A program made the position numbers and the translations under genes. From positions 64,445,649 to 64,509,648 of the forward strand of contig NC_068986.1 in assembly GCF_001194135.2 (NCBI RefSeq): DNA of 64,000 bases, given 5' to 3'. The stretch is from Octopus bimaculoides (lineage: Eukaryota). How positions within the stretch are numbered: the stretch's first letter is position 1; every line of letters begins with the position of its first letter. The notes under the pieces are model-generated. The model had not been told where the DNA came from, ran no database searches, and saw nothing but the letters and a program-made list of their open reading frames with translations. This document shows, piece by piece, positions 12,963 through 26,746 of the stretch.

Positions 12963-13356
12963 TTTTATTCCTTTACACGTTTCTGTCATTTGACTGCGAC
13001 CAAGCTGGTAAACCGTCTTAAAGGATTTTAGTCGAAGAAATCGAGCCCAAGGCTTATTCCTTGTAAGCCTAGTACTTATTCTATAGGTCTCTTTTGCTGA
13101 ATCGCTAAATTACGGGGATTTAAACACACCAGTATCGGTTGTCAGGCGATTGTGGGGTGACAAACAAAGATTCACACACATAAATATATATATGATGTGC
13201 TTCTTTCAGTTTCTGCTTACCAGATTCACCCACAAGGCTTTGGTCGGCCCAAGGCTATAGTAGAAGACACTTACCAAAAGTGCCACGCAGTGGGACTGAA
13301 CCCGAAACCATATGGTTGGGAAGCAAGCTTCTTGCCACAAAACCACGCCTGTGCCT
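12962..13356 (-). mobile_element. tRNA-derived SINE family A copy
   Basis: Reverse-complement homolog of the full copy at 26954-27360 (head, central TA/CA tract, tail). Confidence 0.9.
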
Positions 13357-14883
13357 ACTCTCACACATACACACACACACACACACACAAGAAATGGAAA
13401 CCAAAATGATATAATGAACACCCCTCCACATATATATATCAGGTCTAACACAAAAAATACAGATTTATTAACCCCGGTAAGTACACGTTCAAAATTAGAA
13501 CTGCATTAGCAATTAAACTACCCAGTCTGCTGTTAACTAATGAATAATTGAGTGGTTTACGCTATAGTTTGGTGCCATGGCCACTGCGAGGCTCTTCCTG
13601 AAAAGAAATATATTAAACAATTCTTTTAAAGCGAGTGCTCAGGTGAGTGTTTAGTCATAAAACAGTTAATCAAAGTTGCACAAATAAACAAATACATAAT
13701 GCAACAATTGATTGCTACCGTCGCCGCTGCTGCTACTGCTGTTGTTTGTCTGTAATGAAGTGTGTGGTTTTACATGCCACAATATCCTGTACAGTTATGT
13801 AACTCAATATCTTACATATTGTTATAAATGCCAACATACCTAAAACAAATAAATCTCAGTGGATATTATAATAAATTTCCTGCTGTTTATTATAACATGA
13901 TGCCAAAAAGAATATAATTACTGTTAGTCATCATCATAATTTCTTTCAGCTTAAGCAACTAGTTAGCGCTTGTTTCCAGTCTAACAAAGCCATTTTATTC
14001 CAACTTATGAACGATACATCATTAACTAGTCACTCTAGATGTTTATCTAAAACAGCTTCCTTTACTGTTTTTTACCATTCAAAAGCAAACAGGCAAACTA
14101 AGCTGTTAAGTAATTCATTTTTATTTTTCAGATTTTGATCAAAAATCGAACACAAATTCTCAAATACTTCAACTAATTTAACTAATTCTTTTTCAATGAA
14201 TATCGAAAATTGATGCTAGAAGTTAGTCGTTTTATAACCCGTTGTATAACTAAAGACATTACTTGGAGAGTATTTGTCTTTTAATATATGCAGCACGAAT
14301 AAATTTGATGTAGTCCACCCCTGTTCAGCAGGCAGTGTGACGAAACTTCGATCAAGTATTCAGTGCAGATATTGCAAACTGCAATGCATTATACATCAGA
14401 CGAAACTTGGGTAGATTAGATCATTTTGGAACAAAATATTTAGGCCTAGTACACAATATTGTACTGGTCATAAAATACCGAATGGTGACTATTTGTCTGC
14501 GTGAAGACTCCCTATAAGATAGGTTGTCAATTTCGTATGTTACGCATTATACAGTTGTGTTGTATTACGCGTAATATTACTGCAGACATGTAAATATAAC
14601 TTATTATAGACTGAAAATGTTATTACATAAAGAAGGCTGCAAAACGGCCGCAAGACTAAGGATAACAAGTGATTCAATAAATATATTCAGCATTTATAAC
14701 CACTGACTTTTCAAGGTTTATACACTCATGAAATAATTTCATCGATTGGATCTCCAGGATTTCAGCTGCATGGAACTCTGCATTATGCCCTTCTATGTAG
14801 TCTGTTACTATGGGGTCTGTTAGCTGAGTCCGCTAGAGGAGCTTTCTGTGATAAACATGACAAGATTCTATGAAACCACTTAT

Positions 14884-15101
14884 CTGTTTCAAATTTTGGC
14901 ACAAGACTGGTAATATCTGGAGAAGGGTAAGTCGATTGCATCGATACCTGTGCTTAACTGATACTTATTTTATCGACCTCAAAAAGATGAAAGGCAAAGT
15001 CGACCTCGGCGGAATTTGAACTTAAAGTTTGAGTTTAAAGACGGACGAAATGCCGCTAAGCACTTCACCCGGTATGGTAACGATTCTGCCAGCTCGCTAC
15101 C
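14884..15101 (-). mobile_element. tRNA-derived SINE family B copy
   Basis: Shares GATGAAAGGCAAAGTCGACCTCGGCGGAATTTGAAC and the head with the copies at 30057, 34185 and 63555. Confidence 0.9.
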
Positions 15102-15234
15102 TTAATTCTATGAATTCATATATTACACAACAAATATAATTACATAATATATATATATATATATACATACACACACATATATATATATATATATATACAC
15201 ATATATGTATATATATGTGTTGTATATACATGTG

Positions 15235-16488
15235 TGGCCATCCCATAAATAATGTGGTTTTTTCAATTGCATGAATTAAAAGTCAAAGGGGGAAGGGATA
15301 AACTACCTGCATCAACTTGCTATGAAAGCAGATAGTAATTTTACCTTTCCCTTATTCTTAGTGCAAGCTTTGAAGAGTGCATTTCGATTTTGACAGTTAT
15401 GTTTTCAAAGCTATAATGGAAGTGACAAAGGAGTACATTCAGCATATTTTGCTTCATGGGTTCAATAAAGGCAACAACGTAACAGAAAGTGCGAGGAATA
15501 TTAATGCAGTATATTGGACAATAAACGTAAGCTAATGTGAACGGTGGTTCAAGAAATTCCGAGTCGGAAACTTCAGCCTTGAAGACAAGCCTCGTCCTGG
15601 AAGACTTGTAGAAATCGACGAAGACGTCCTGCAAACCCTGGTGGAACAAAATCCCATTGTTACTGTTCAGGAACTAGAAGCTTGGATTTGGTCATTTAAC
15701 TATTCATCAACACCTGTGTGCTATCGGAAAAGCCAGCAAATTGGGTCAATGGGCTCCGAGTCTAATCGCACGCAGAGAGTGAATGTGTGATATCTTTGCT
15801 GTCACGTCTCACGAATAAACCATTTTTGGACCAAATAGTGACTGGTGGCGAAAAATGGGTTCTCTATAAATATATCAAACGCTGAAGAAGGTGGCTAGGG
15901 TAAGGAGAAACACCGGCACCCCACACTAAAGAAGGTCTTCACCCACGTAAGGTGTTGTTATCTATTTGGTGGGATATGAAAAGTTTTTTCCACTTAGAAC
16001 TTTTAAACCCAAACCAAATGATAACAAAGGAGATCTACTGCGAACAGCTTGAACGGCTTAAGTCAGCGCTAGAAGAAAAACGACCATGTTTGGTTTCAAG
16101 ACAAAAAGTGTTCTTCCATCAGGATAATGCTCGGCCACTTACAACGAGGATGACATTCTAAAGGCTGGAGCAGTTTGAATGGGAAACGATGCGCCAACCA
16201 TCATATTCGCCGGACAATGTCCTAGATTATCATTTATAACGCATTCTTTAAAATCATTTGGTCGGAAAAAATATGAATTCTGTAGACGAGGTCAGAACAG
16301 TAGTGGGGGAGTATTTTTCGTTACGGACAAGTGAATTTTGGAAGAGGGGGCTTGCAAGTCTACCAGATAGATGGAAGAGCATTGTAGAAAATGAAGGAGA
16401 GTATATTTTAGATTAAAAAAGAACTTTATGTTAATTTTGAAAAATAAAAGACGTATAAAAAAAAACTGTATTATTTATGGGATGATCC
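15235..16488 (+). mobile_element. Full-length decayed mariner (D,D34D) transposon
   Basis: TIRs CATCCCATAAATAATG/ATTATTTATGGGATG. Transposase 15416-16416 with IVTGGEKWVLY, LHPRKVLLSIWWD, FHQDNARP and PSYSPDN; several stops and frameshifts. Confidence 0.95.
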
Positions 16489-17187
16489 TATATATAAGAC
16501 TGACTTCTTGTTGAGCAATATGTATGTATGTATGTATGTATGTATATATGTATGTATGTATATATGTATGTATGTGTGTATGTATGTATGTGTATATATA
16601 TATATATACATNNNNNNNNNNNNNNNNNNNNNNNNNNNNNNNNNNNNNNNNNNNNNNNNNNNNNNNNNNNNNNNNNNNNNNNNNNNNNNNNNNNNNNNNN
16701 NNNNNNNNNNNNNNNNNNNNNNNNNNNNNNNNNNNNNNNNNNNNNNNNNNNNNNNNNNNNNNNNNNNNNNNNNNNNNNNNNNNNNNNNNNNNNNNNNNNN
16801 NNNNNNNNNNNNNNNNNNNNNNNNATATATATATATATATATATATGTATGTATATATAGTGAGTGTGTGTATGTGTTTGACACAGAAAAACCTAGAACA
16901 AAGTTGCAAGGTAAACATCTCTGTTCGTGACAGAGAGGTTAATAAACCTGTTACAGGTATATGCAATACGAAAGTGGTTATTCTGGTTATGCTCAGATTT
17001 GATGGTCAGTACACACACATACGCATATAACATGTATGTGTGAGCGCATATATGTATGTGTGTGTGTATAACATGTATGTACGCGCGCACGTAGTGTGTG
17101 TGTATTGCGTGTACTTGCTTGTGTATGTAAGTGATAGATAGATGCACAGACAGCACAGTTTGGTTCAAATATAAGTTTGATAACCAG

Positions 17188-17335
17188 TGATGTTCCCGTA
17201 ATTAAGCGGCTCGGCAAAAGTAATCAATAGGATAAGTACCTGGTTTAAAAGGGACCGATTCATTCGGTTAAAAATTCTTGATGGCGGTGCCCCAGCATGA
17301 CCGCAGTTTAATTACTGAAACAAGTAAAAGATATA
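17188..17335 (+). mobile_element. SINE family A 3' fragment
   Basis: Homologous to 27210-27355 (CCCCGTAACTTAGCGGTTCGGCAAAAG...CCAGCATG...CTGAAACAAGTAAAAGA). Confidence 0.75.
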
Positions 17336-18294
17336 CTCTTCCCCACCGTTCTGATACATACAAAAAATAGTCTATCGATAAATACGACAAAGTATCTGAA
17401 GAAGATGTGAACTCACAACGCTTGAGTTGGATGCCTAATACGTTAGTCGATCGGCCATTTTGCCTCTAAAAATATGATGACAATCGCAAAATAACTGGGG
17501 TGCCGTTAGATATGGGATCAGAAGTTATAGACATCGTTTGTAACTATATGCTGTAACTTTGTAAATATAAATAGGTTTAGTTTCAGTAAATGAAACTGTT
17601 ATTTAAATTTAGCAGATACTTCCTTTAAAAAGAATTCCCAGTTGACTGCCAGAAAATCGTTATCATTTTGGCTGTTGTAGCATTTTAAACGGATCGTTTC
17701 AAAAAGCCATTTTCGTTTCTCTAACTAACGATTATCCTGTCACTAAACTAAAGTTAAAAAAAGATAGAGAAGTTGATCCTAGTTTTATTGTCATCTCACT
17801 TTTAACTATACAATATATTCTTGGCAGATGCCAAACATTGAAAGGTTTTGCAGAAGGAAAGTAACCGAGGAAGTTTTCAACCGGAATTTAATAATTCATT
17901 AAATTACTGTCACAGACTACAGGAGGAAGGAATAACAACCAAATTAGAATGGAAACTGAAGATTTAAAAAAAAGAAAGGAAACAGATAAACTTATAATAA
18001 ATTCTTTGTGTCAAATCTATTAATGCATAGCTTACAGTGTTTACAAACACACACACGCATTCACACACACACATGTATGTATGCATACATAAGTGTTTCT
18101 TTTTTGTTCGGTCTTTATACCTGTCTGCTCGCCTGTTTAACTTTCTATCTGTCTATCTGTCTGCCTGTCTGTCTGTCTGTCTATTTATCACCTATCGTCG
18201 CTGCATGGTGGTTATGCTGACGACTGTTTCCGTACTATCACCCTCATCAGGCAAAAGTTCGATTGGCTTAAAGTATTTTATTTTTACTATTTTT

Positions 18295-19200
18295 GCTCTT
18301 CAGAATTGACGTTTGAATCCAACAACTCCATTAGCTTTCTCGACATCTTCACTTAATAATCTCTACAGCTCACCTGTAGAAGTGATTCCCACTTCTACCT
18401 TCACTATTTCTTTTCTTGTCCCAAACACACCAACTCTATTATACCATTCTCCCAATTCCTCTGTTTCGTCGATTCTGCAGCATCAGTTCGGATTTCGTAT
18501 CCCCATGTGACAAAATTCGACATTTCTTAATAAAGGTTACTCTCGACGGGTTAAGGACCCTGCACTCTGCCGTACCTAAGCCATCAACAGCACCGCCAAT
18601 CTCCTATTTTCTCTACGCACAACTACAGACCAGAGTTCACTCTCCTTTACCTTCCAACCGTCCGCTCTCTTCACTGAAACGCACACCCATTCACAACTTC
18701 CAGATCTCTGACTCCATAAGCACTTCGATCTTTTTCGCACCTACTTTCCTTGCCTTCAAGAAGAATAGAATCTCTGTTATCTTTAACTTAGAAGCATCAT
18801 GGCACCCAGTCAAATACAGCCAAGTAATTTTAAAGCGTTCACCGCACATGCAGCATATGTTCATACATCCACAATACAACAACCATTACTGTCCCTGAGT
18901 CACAGTACCTCATCATACAAAACTTCTGTGTACACCTACCAACATTTTATACTGTATCGTTTGCAAACTTAAGTGTGCCGTTTAGATTATTGGTCGCAGC
19001 TTCGCCAATAGCTCTCGCGAACACCGTCAACACAACGGGTCATTTCATGACCCCATTTATTGAGGACCGATATTTCTACACATATATTACCCTCTTTGGA
19101 AACGAGAACAACATATAGTATTGGAACTTGAAACTATGGAACCTATGGTTCTGAATTAGACCTTTTCCTTCCTTTCCTTCAGCCACGCCTAATATAGTAA
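18295..19200 (+). mobile_element. Penelope-like element 3' part (RT thumb plus GIY-YIG endonuclease), decayed
   Basis: SISFLDI, YLHYF.SCPKHT..IPFSQFL..RRFCS, CSICSYI and the C-terminal REQHIVLELETMEPMVLN (cf. PLE RE..IF.LGT..P.GLN). Confidence 0.75.
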
Positions 19201-19718
19201 ACGCGTCTTCACATTTCGCTTCACCTTACCCACATTCAGCTTCTCATTCCTTTTTTTCTTTCCTTTTCATTCGTCTTCTCTCACCAAGTTTATCTCTCAT
19301 TCTACGTCCTACCACATATGTACTCTCGTTGTGATGCGTTCCCTAAGATGTGAAACTCTTCTAATTATCCTGTTTTCAAACTGTCATTTTCAAAGACAAC
19401 AAGTATGAGAGATAACTTCCACAATATCAACTATCCATATTTTTGGAAAATATGTATTTATTTGAGATGAACATTATTTCCGGAAATGGACACGAGTTAG
19501 AATAAGAACAGTAATAAACGAGTGAAGAACGAATATATAATGCGTGTGTTTATTTGGCAAAAAAAGACTATCCCTAAATACAACATTATACACACACACA
19601 CGTGTGTGTGCGTGCGTGTGTGTGTATGTGTATCTGTGTATGCACAAACCCCAGACCATTTCTATTTTCGGCTCTTATATTCTTCCTTCTTTACCATACG
19701 CATGCATACACACGCATG

Positions 19719-19875
<157 letters not shown>

Positions 19876-20270
19876 CATAATTACGCTCATTATCAATCCT
19901 TGTAAATTCTGGTTGGTAAATATCATTGGAAATCTCAATGTGACACGTTTATTTTAATAGAAGATACGAAAAGTGAATGATTTATTTGCTTTGTAATGTT
20001 AGATATTAGTTTTTACTCTCAACCCCTTCACACCCAGAATCCACCATCGTCGAAAAACAAAGGAAATGTGTCGCATGTGGGAAGCATTTGTGACCCATTT
20101 GTCTAGAAGTGAGAGATGGAGACTTATTTGGGAAAACACAAACTGACAGAGAATTGGGGTAAAATATGTTGATGACACAAACAAAACTATCGAAATTTAT
20201 CAGATTCGAAAAAGACGATTATCTAAGTAAACTTAAAATGAATGAATGAATAAATAAATGAATGAATAAG

Positions 20271-20301
<31 letters not shown>

Positions 20302-20560
20302 AGCAGAAAGTGTTAGGAAGCTAAATAATCTAATGTTTTCGAGGAACACGAAAGTCAATGCTTACTTTCAGTTTTTATAGCATTAAACACGCAGACAATT
20401 GTGCCTTTACGAAAGTCGCTTCGGTTTGAAACACGCAGCGTGGCACTTCACCCAAATGTCTCCTGTTGTAGTACAAACACACACACACACAAACTTTCCA
20501 CTCCCCCCCACATATATGTGCGTGTGTATATACACAAGAATATATATATATGTATAGATA

Positions 20561-21022
20561 TCTACTACATATGTGGAAAATCGGTGTGTGTTTGTTTGTG
20601 GCGTTGTTAGCTAACTTCTCCTACATCGTTTTATTGATTTTGATGAAACTTGACACTTGAGTACAACTCATGTCTGGAAACCTCGTGACATATTTAGATT
20701 GTTGAAAAAATCAAATATTTTTTTAAACACTCAAGGGAAATAACCCATAGCACCTGAACTTTATTTGGATTCTTACTATCGGGTAATTAATTTCATGTTA
20801 TTACATAACAGACTTCACAATTTGGGTAATCATAACTTATTGGGAATTCCTAAAAACAAGATCCTGTGTAAGACAGTTTGGTATTCTCAATAAACGCAAA
20901 AAAAAAAACCTTTTGAGGGCTACATACTTTGTATTATTGTTATTGGATTAGTGACATAATTATGAGAATGGAACCAAGGGATAAACCCCGCTTTCCCGGG
21001 AATTACCGGATACGTCAGCTAG
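20561..21022 (+). mobile_element. Non-autonomous Helitron (about 460 bp)
   Basis: Inserted A|T with 5' TC (20561) and 3' CTAG (21019-21022). A small CCGG-GAATTA-CCGG hairpin (20996-21009) lies just before the end. Confidence 0.75.
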
Positions 21023-21024
21023 TA

Positions 21025-21061
<37 letters not shown>

Positions 21062-21209
21062 NNNNNNNNNNNNNNNNNNNNNNNNNNNNNNNNNNNNNNN
21101 NNNNNNNNNNNNNNNNNNNNNNNNNNNNNNNNNNNNNNNNNNNNNNNNNNNNNNNNNNNNNNNNNNNNNNNNNNNNNNNNNNNNNNNNNNNNNNNNATAT
21201 ACCTGTGTA

Positions 21210-21244
<35 letters not shown>

Positions 21245-21334
21245 TTGTCTGTCTGTCTATCTATCTATCGAGCTAGCTAGTTATAAATTTTATGTTGGTA
21301 AAGTAACTCTTCTCGCTCTTCATTACCGGTAAAT

Positions 21335-22250
21335 ATTGTGTTCCAAGCAGAAGCAACGTGCTGTTATTAAGTTCTTAAAGGAAGGATGCAGGGTTTCTGA
21401 CATCCACAGAATACTAGAGATTGTTTACGGAGATGGCACAATTAACAAGGGCAATGTGCACAGATGGATGTAGTTTAAAAAAGAGAAACTAGCACTGAAA
21501 GCCAATTACGTAGTAGGAGACAATCATCTGCGACCACTGACACGAATCGCCAGCGAGTGGATGAAATGATTTGTGCGGATAAGATGCGCCACAATCTGTG
21601 AGCTTGTTGCACAACTGGATTATGGTCACAATGCACTACAAGAAATGCGTGCAAAGTGGCAGTTGACACTCGATTTAAAGGAAAAGAACTGTGGAAGTCT
21701 GCTGGAAGCAGGAGACGAAAGTCTGTTGGCGACAGGGGACGAAACATGGTTCAGAAGGCTCAGGCCATGGAATGGCGTTACATCTTTTTCTGTAAGGTCT
21801 AAAAAGTTACTGTCCAGCGATCAACGCAGAAAGTCATGGTAACTGTCTTTTGGGACGACAAGGGCGTTATCCTCCATAATTTTTTTGGCAAAGGCTGTAA
21901 CCCTAAACGGGGAACAGTATATTGAGATTCTGAAAAGGCTTAGAGAAGCCATTAAAAGAAAGAAATCAATCAAGAATCTGGATTGATCCACATTCACCAT
22001 AATAATGCATGACCATATATACCTTTAGTCAGAAATCAGGCAACCTGGCGAGTGATCCTCCGTCAATTGCACTGCTTGGCTCTGACCACCTGTTTGGTGT
22101 TTCTTCGGAAACAAACTATTTGATGACACAGACGAGATGAAAGGGACTGTAAAGTAGTGAATATACATCGACTCAAAGAAAATTTCAGAATCGGGTTCAA
22201 CAATGGCTCAAATGCATTGCATGTGATAAAGACTATATTGAATGGCAATA
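21335..22250 (+). mobile_element. Decayed mariner transposase
   Basis: KQRAVIKFL..IHRIL..VYGD..VHRW; ATGDETW; KVMVTVFWDDKGVI..YIEILKRLREAI..HHNNA. TIRs not resolved. Confidence 0.85.
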
Positions 22251-22522
22251 CTTAATTACGTAGAGTTCCGTAGATTAGACCATTAGGTAGATTAGCGAAT
22301 AAATGTCATTAGCGTTAATGGTTTTTCTTACTAAGGATATAATTCTAATTCATTAAACATTCTTTTTAGCTCACTACATAAAGTATGATTGCTTGCACTT
22401 AACTCTATGTTCGTCATATCTATTTCTGAATAATAGTAGTGAATTTTAGCCCAAATCATAAGCTTTTGTCTTATTAAAAAACAAACAAAAACGCAGGACA
22501 TATTGGATGATGTAGTTCTACG

Positions 22523-22524
<2 letters not shown>

Positions 22525-22576
<52 letters not shown>

Positions 22577-22715
22577 CTATCTATCTATCTATCTATCTAT
22601 TTGTCTGTATGTCTGTATGTCTTCCTGCCAGCCTGTCTGTCTGTTTGTCTGTCTGTTTGTCTGTCTGTTTGTCTGTGTGTTTGTCTGTCTGTTTGTTTGT
22701 CTGCCCGCCCGCCTT

Positions 22716-22746
<31 letters not shown>

Positions 22747-22757
22747 GCCCGCCCGCC

Positions 22758-22806
<49 letters not shown>

Positions 22807-22810
22807 GGAT
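22525..22810. repeat. Compound (TATC)n/(TGTC)n tetranucleotide microsatellite
   Basis: Directly visible. Confidence 0.95.
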
Positions 22811-23343
22811 TTGTTACTGTAAATAACCACTTCCCGTTCTCATATAATTTTAAATAAATTTTAATTTCGAAGTTCTCTCCTTTGCCTTTCTTTGTAATTT
22901 TTTTCTCTTCTCATTATAGGTATAATCTCAACTGATGAAAATAAAAAAAAAGTTTAGTTGGTTCGCTATATTACATATGCTATCTCTTGTTCAAAATGTC
23001 TACAGAGTTCTTAATCATTTCTACTAAACGATGAGAGTAACAGTTAGACATATATTAGTATTACAAAGGCAGAAGTAGACTCCGCATTTTCTCACCGTCC
23101 ACAAACACTGCAGACAAACCTCCTCTTCATGAGTCATACATTTATCTTTGTTTCATAGTGTGGTAAGTGAAAGAAGGAAAACAAAAAAGATAGGAGACAA
23201 AAAAAGTGAGAAAATCAAGGAATGTAAACAAAATTCAGTATACACACACACACACACACACGCGCACGTATGTATATGTGTGTATATTATATCTATCTCT
23301 CTATCTGCCTGCCTTTCTGCCTGCCTGTTTCTCTGTCTGCCTG

Positions 23344-23386
<43 letters not shown>

Positions 23387-24408
23387 GTCTGTTTTTTAAT
23401 GTTGAGTTATAACGAAAACAATTAAAAGTTAGAATGTAGAATTACATATTATTTTTTGTTGAGTAAATAGTTATACTTTCACATGAAGAGAGTCGAAAGT
23501 TACTTCAAAGTTTCGGCCTACTTCGTCAGTCCACCGAAGGGTAACAGACCGAAACTTTGAAACATACACACATACACACACACGCGCGCGTGCACACACA
23601 CATTTATATATTTATATGTATACATATATTTATATACACAAATATATATATATATTTATACACACAAACCCACACGCACACACATATATTTTTATGTGTG
23701 TATACATGTATACGATCTTGTGTTTTCAAACCTGCATATGTACACATACACGCGCGCACACACACGCGCGCGCAATTGCAATTCATGAAGTCTGTTGAGT
23801 CATATCTCTGAGTTTCATGTCACCAATTATTCAAGCGATTGATGTAGGAAAGCTGCCTGACATTGTGTAAGCAAAATTATTTGAAAATATTACGAAATAT
23901 ACTTGGCCAATAATATACATAGTTTTGTTTGACTGTTGAAAATAAGCTTAGAATATACATTATGTATTCATTTATTCTCTTGTCAGGTTTACTGGAAATT
24001 TTTAAAACAGATTCTCTCAGCATACCTATATATTCATCATCCAGAAAGACTACTCACTATTTCACAATTGAAATACATTGAAAATTTAACGGATTGTAAT
24101 ATTAACCATTACAAAATCGATTATTTCATAAAGAAACACGCGTCGTCTTTCATTAATGATCCCAGAATATGTGATATCTGAATTTTGGAGAGGAATTGAA
24201 TATTCTAACAACTTTTTGCTTTTTCAACAAAGGATCAGAATTGATATACTCAAACACATACTCCCATCACAATTAACTGAGGAATTTTTTCAATGGTTAA
24301 AATAATATATTTTCTAGGTAACAGATGTACCATACCTTAAAACGTTATCATATGATTAAAAAACCATTAAATCATTCATTACATCTCAGATTTCATTAAA
24401 CATAGCCG

Positions 24409-24509
24409 CTATAGTAAAAGGCATCTACCCAAAGTGCCATGCAGTGGGACTGAGCCCGGAACCATGTGATTGGGAAGCAAACTTCTTACCACACAGCTAC
24501 GTCTGCGAC
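24409..24509 (-). mobile_element. SINE family A head fragment
   Basis: GTGCCATGCAGTGGGACTGAGCCCGGAACCATGTG...CTTCTTACCACACAGC, the reverse complement of the SINE A head. Confidence 0.8.
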
Positions 24510-24555
24510 TTTTTTATGCCCAAAGGTCGGATACCTTTTCAATGCACCTCGTATA

Positions 24556-25782
24556 CGTATGAGCGCATTCTTTAAAATAATCTCAAAAAGTATCCGACCT
24601 TTGGACATAAAAATAAAAGAAACACAATTTCGTACATTTCGCAAATTACTTAATCCCCTTCAAAATACTCGCCTTGGACGTTCACTCAATTCTCTCACCG
24701 GTTCTGCCATTGCTGATAACATCTCTCTTACGCGTTTTCAGGAATGCTATGGAGTTCCGCTGTCGCTATTTTCTTAATTTCCTCTCGCGACTCAAATTGC
24801 TTCCCTTTCAGCGTGGTTTTCTGATTGGGGAAGATCCAGAAGTCACACGGTGCCAAGTCGGAAGATTATGGAGCCTGTCAGACAATATCCGGCCGCTTTC
24901 GACGCACAGCATCACGAAGGTGACGTATAACTTCCAGGTAACATTCCTTATTGATTGTTTGCTCTTGTGGTGCGTATTCATGATGTACAAAACCACGGGA
25001 GTCAAAGAAACATGTCAATGTTACTTTCACATTACTACTAACATGTAGCGCTCTTTTGGGCCTTGGTGATGATGGATGCTTCCACCGAGAGGACTGGAAC
25101 TTGGTTTTCAGGACGACGTAACCATATACCTGTTACATCACATGTGATGATGGTCTTCATGAAGTCTTGGCCCAGCATCTCCTGAGCGATTTCATGTGGA
25201 GTTGCTTCTGCTGCTCAGCCAGCGCCTTGGGTACAAATATCGCTGAAACTCACCGCATGCGCAAATCTTCTGTTAAAATGGAATGCACCGATCCTATGTT
25301 AATTCCCACTTTGTGAGCAATATCCTGGATTGTTACATGATGGTCTTTCATGACTATTCGCCGAACCTTCTCAATCGGCGCCTTGTCTCTGCTTGTGGAT
25401 GGCCTGCCTGAGCGTGCCTTGCTCTCCACTGAAGCGCGGTCATATTTGAAGCAGTTCTACCACTCTTTGATCTAAGTTTTGCCCATGGCATCGTCGCCAA
25501 AGACCTGCTGAATCTTCTGGATGAACTTGAGCAGCACGAAGCTTTTGTAAAATCTTGATGCAATATCTCTGCTTGATGCGTTCGGTCTTTTTACATAAAA
25601 ACGAAAATCCAACGACAGCACACTACACGTCTATACTCTGGGAACTGTCGCGGCCTACCGGCATGATAGTTTTTACGAATGCCTTAGAAGAGTGGTGTCA
25701 CCTTCCAGCCAAAGGATTTCGCCCACGCGGCATTAGTTTTGGCGGGGGGAAATAAAGTCGGATTCTTTTTGAACGCACCTCG
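24556..25782 (-). mobile_element. Decayed mariner transposon with internal deletion
   Basis: TIRs ending ...GCACCTCG|TA. Minus-strand QRYCIK, RPSTSR, VSAIFVPK, SNVKVTLTCFFDSRG and SSDLAPCDFWIFP; the HHDNA segment is missing. Confidence 0.9.
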
Positions 25783-25789
25783 TATATTA

Positions 25790-25945
25790 TCTTTTCAGTT
25801 ATTCCACTTCGGCCATGCAGGAGCACCACCTTGAATAGTCTTACTCGAGCAAATCGACCCCAATATTTATTTTTTTAAAAGCCTGGTACTTATTCTATTG
25901 ATCTACCGATAAGTTACGAGGATATAAACAAACGATGATAGGGGA
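25790..25945 (-). mobile_element. SINE family A 3' fragment
   Basis: Homologous to the tail of SINE A (GGCCATGC.GGAGCACC...AAATCGACCCC...GCCTGGTACTTATTCTAT). Confidence 0.7.
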
Positions 25946-26688
25946 AAAACGCTACAGAATTCAGGAATCTGGGCTAATGAGCGCATGACTCTGGAGGGAT
26001 CTCTGATATTTTGGTTTCATACACGTATATTTATACACTTAAACATATCTATATATATATATACTCATACATACATACATAATACATACGTACATACATA
26101 CATGCATACATACATACATACATACATACATACATACATAAATAAATGCATACATACATACATACATACATACATACATACACATATCGTATCACTAGCC
26201 AGCAATAGACACCGATTTTATTAACACCGACTTAATTCTGTGTGCGAGCGTATGTGCCCCAGATCACGCGTATGTGCGGTTCTATGTGCGTATGCATTTG
26301 TACGGGTGAGTGTTCGTACGACAGACCATGTAAGTGTGGGCGTTTTGTACATTCATATCTACGAACGGCTATATGTAATAATTTTTTCGCTGTATGGTGT
26401 ATTTGTTTCTTTTTGTATCTCATCTTTGTTATGGATCTTCTATAAGAATTAAGCTGTCTCCCTTGATTTGCCATTTCTGTTTACGAAGACCAAGAAGAAA
26501 ACATGCAGAAATAAGTTCTGCGAAACAGAATTTATTATAACGAGGTACCTATTGAAATCACTTGAGGAGACATATCTACACCGGGGATACACCTAAACCA
26601 GTTTTACAATATTCTACCCACGAGTGATCGATGTTAGATAGGTCGAAACGATTGTTGTGATCAATAAAAAATCTCGTATCTTCCATCT

Positions 26689-26726
<38 letters not shown>

Positions 26727-26746
26727 ATTAATCATTTATATTTATA

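Noticed and set aside
13740-14870. Decayed LRR/Toll-like receptor-like pseudogene (LKQINLSG, FHRLDLQ, LEELSV); similar hints at 23830-24300, 31850-32120 and 52260-52550
   Set aside because: Only short Leu-spaced patterns scattered across frames and both strands, as expected by chance in AT-rich DNA. A similar hint at 54200-54300 resembles an interspersed repeat instead. An HMM search would be needed.
17370-17470. tRNA gene (minus-strand A/B-box-like motifs); likewise the SINE A and B heads
   Set aside because: No complete cloverleaf. The motifs are degenerate and continue into SINE bodies, so they are SINE heads or pseudogenes.
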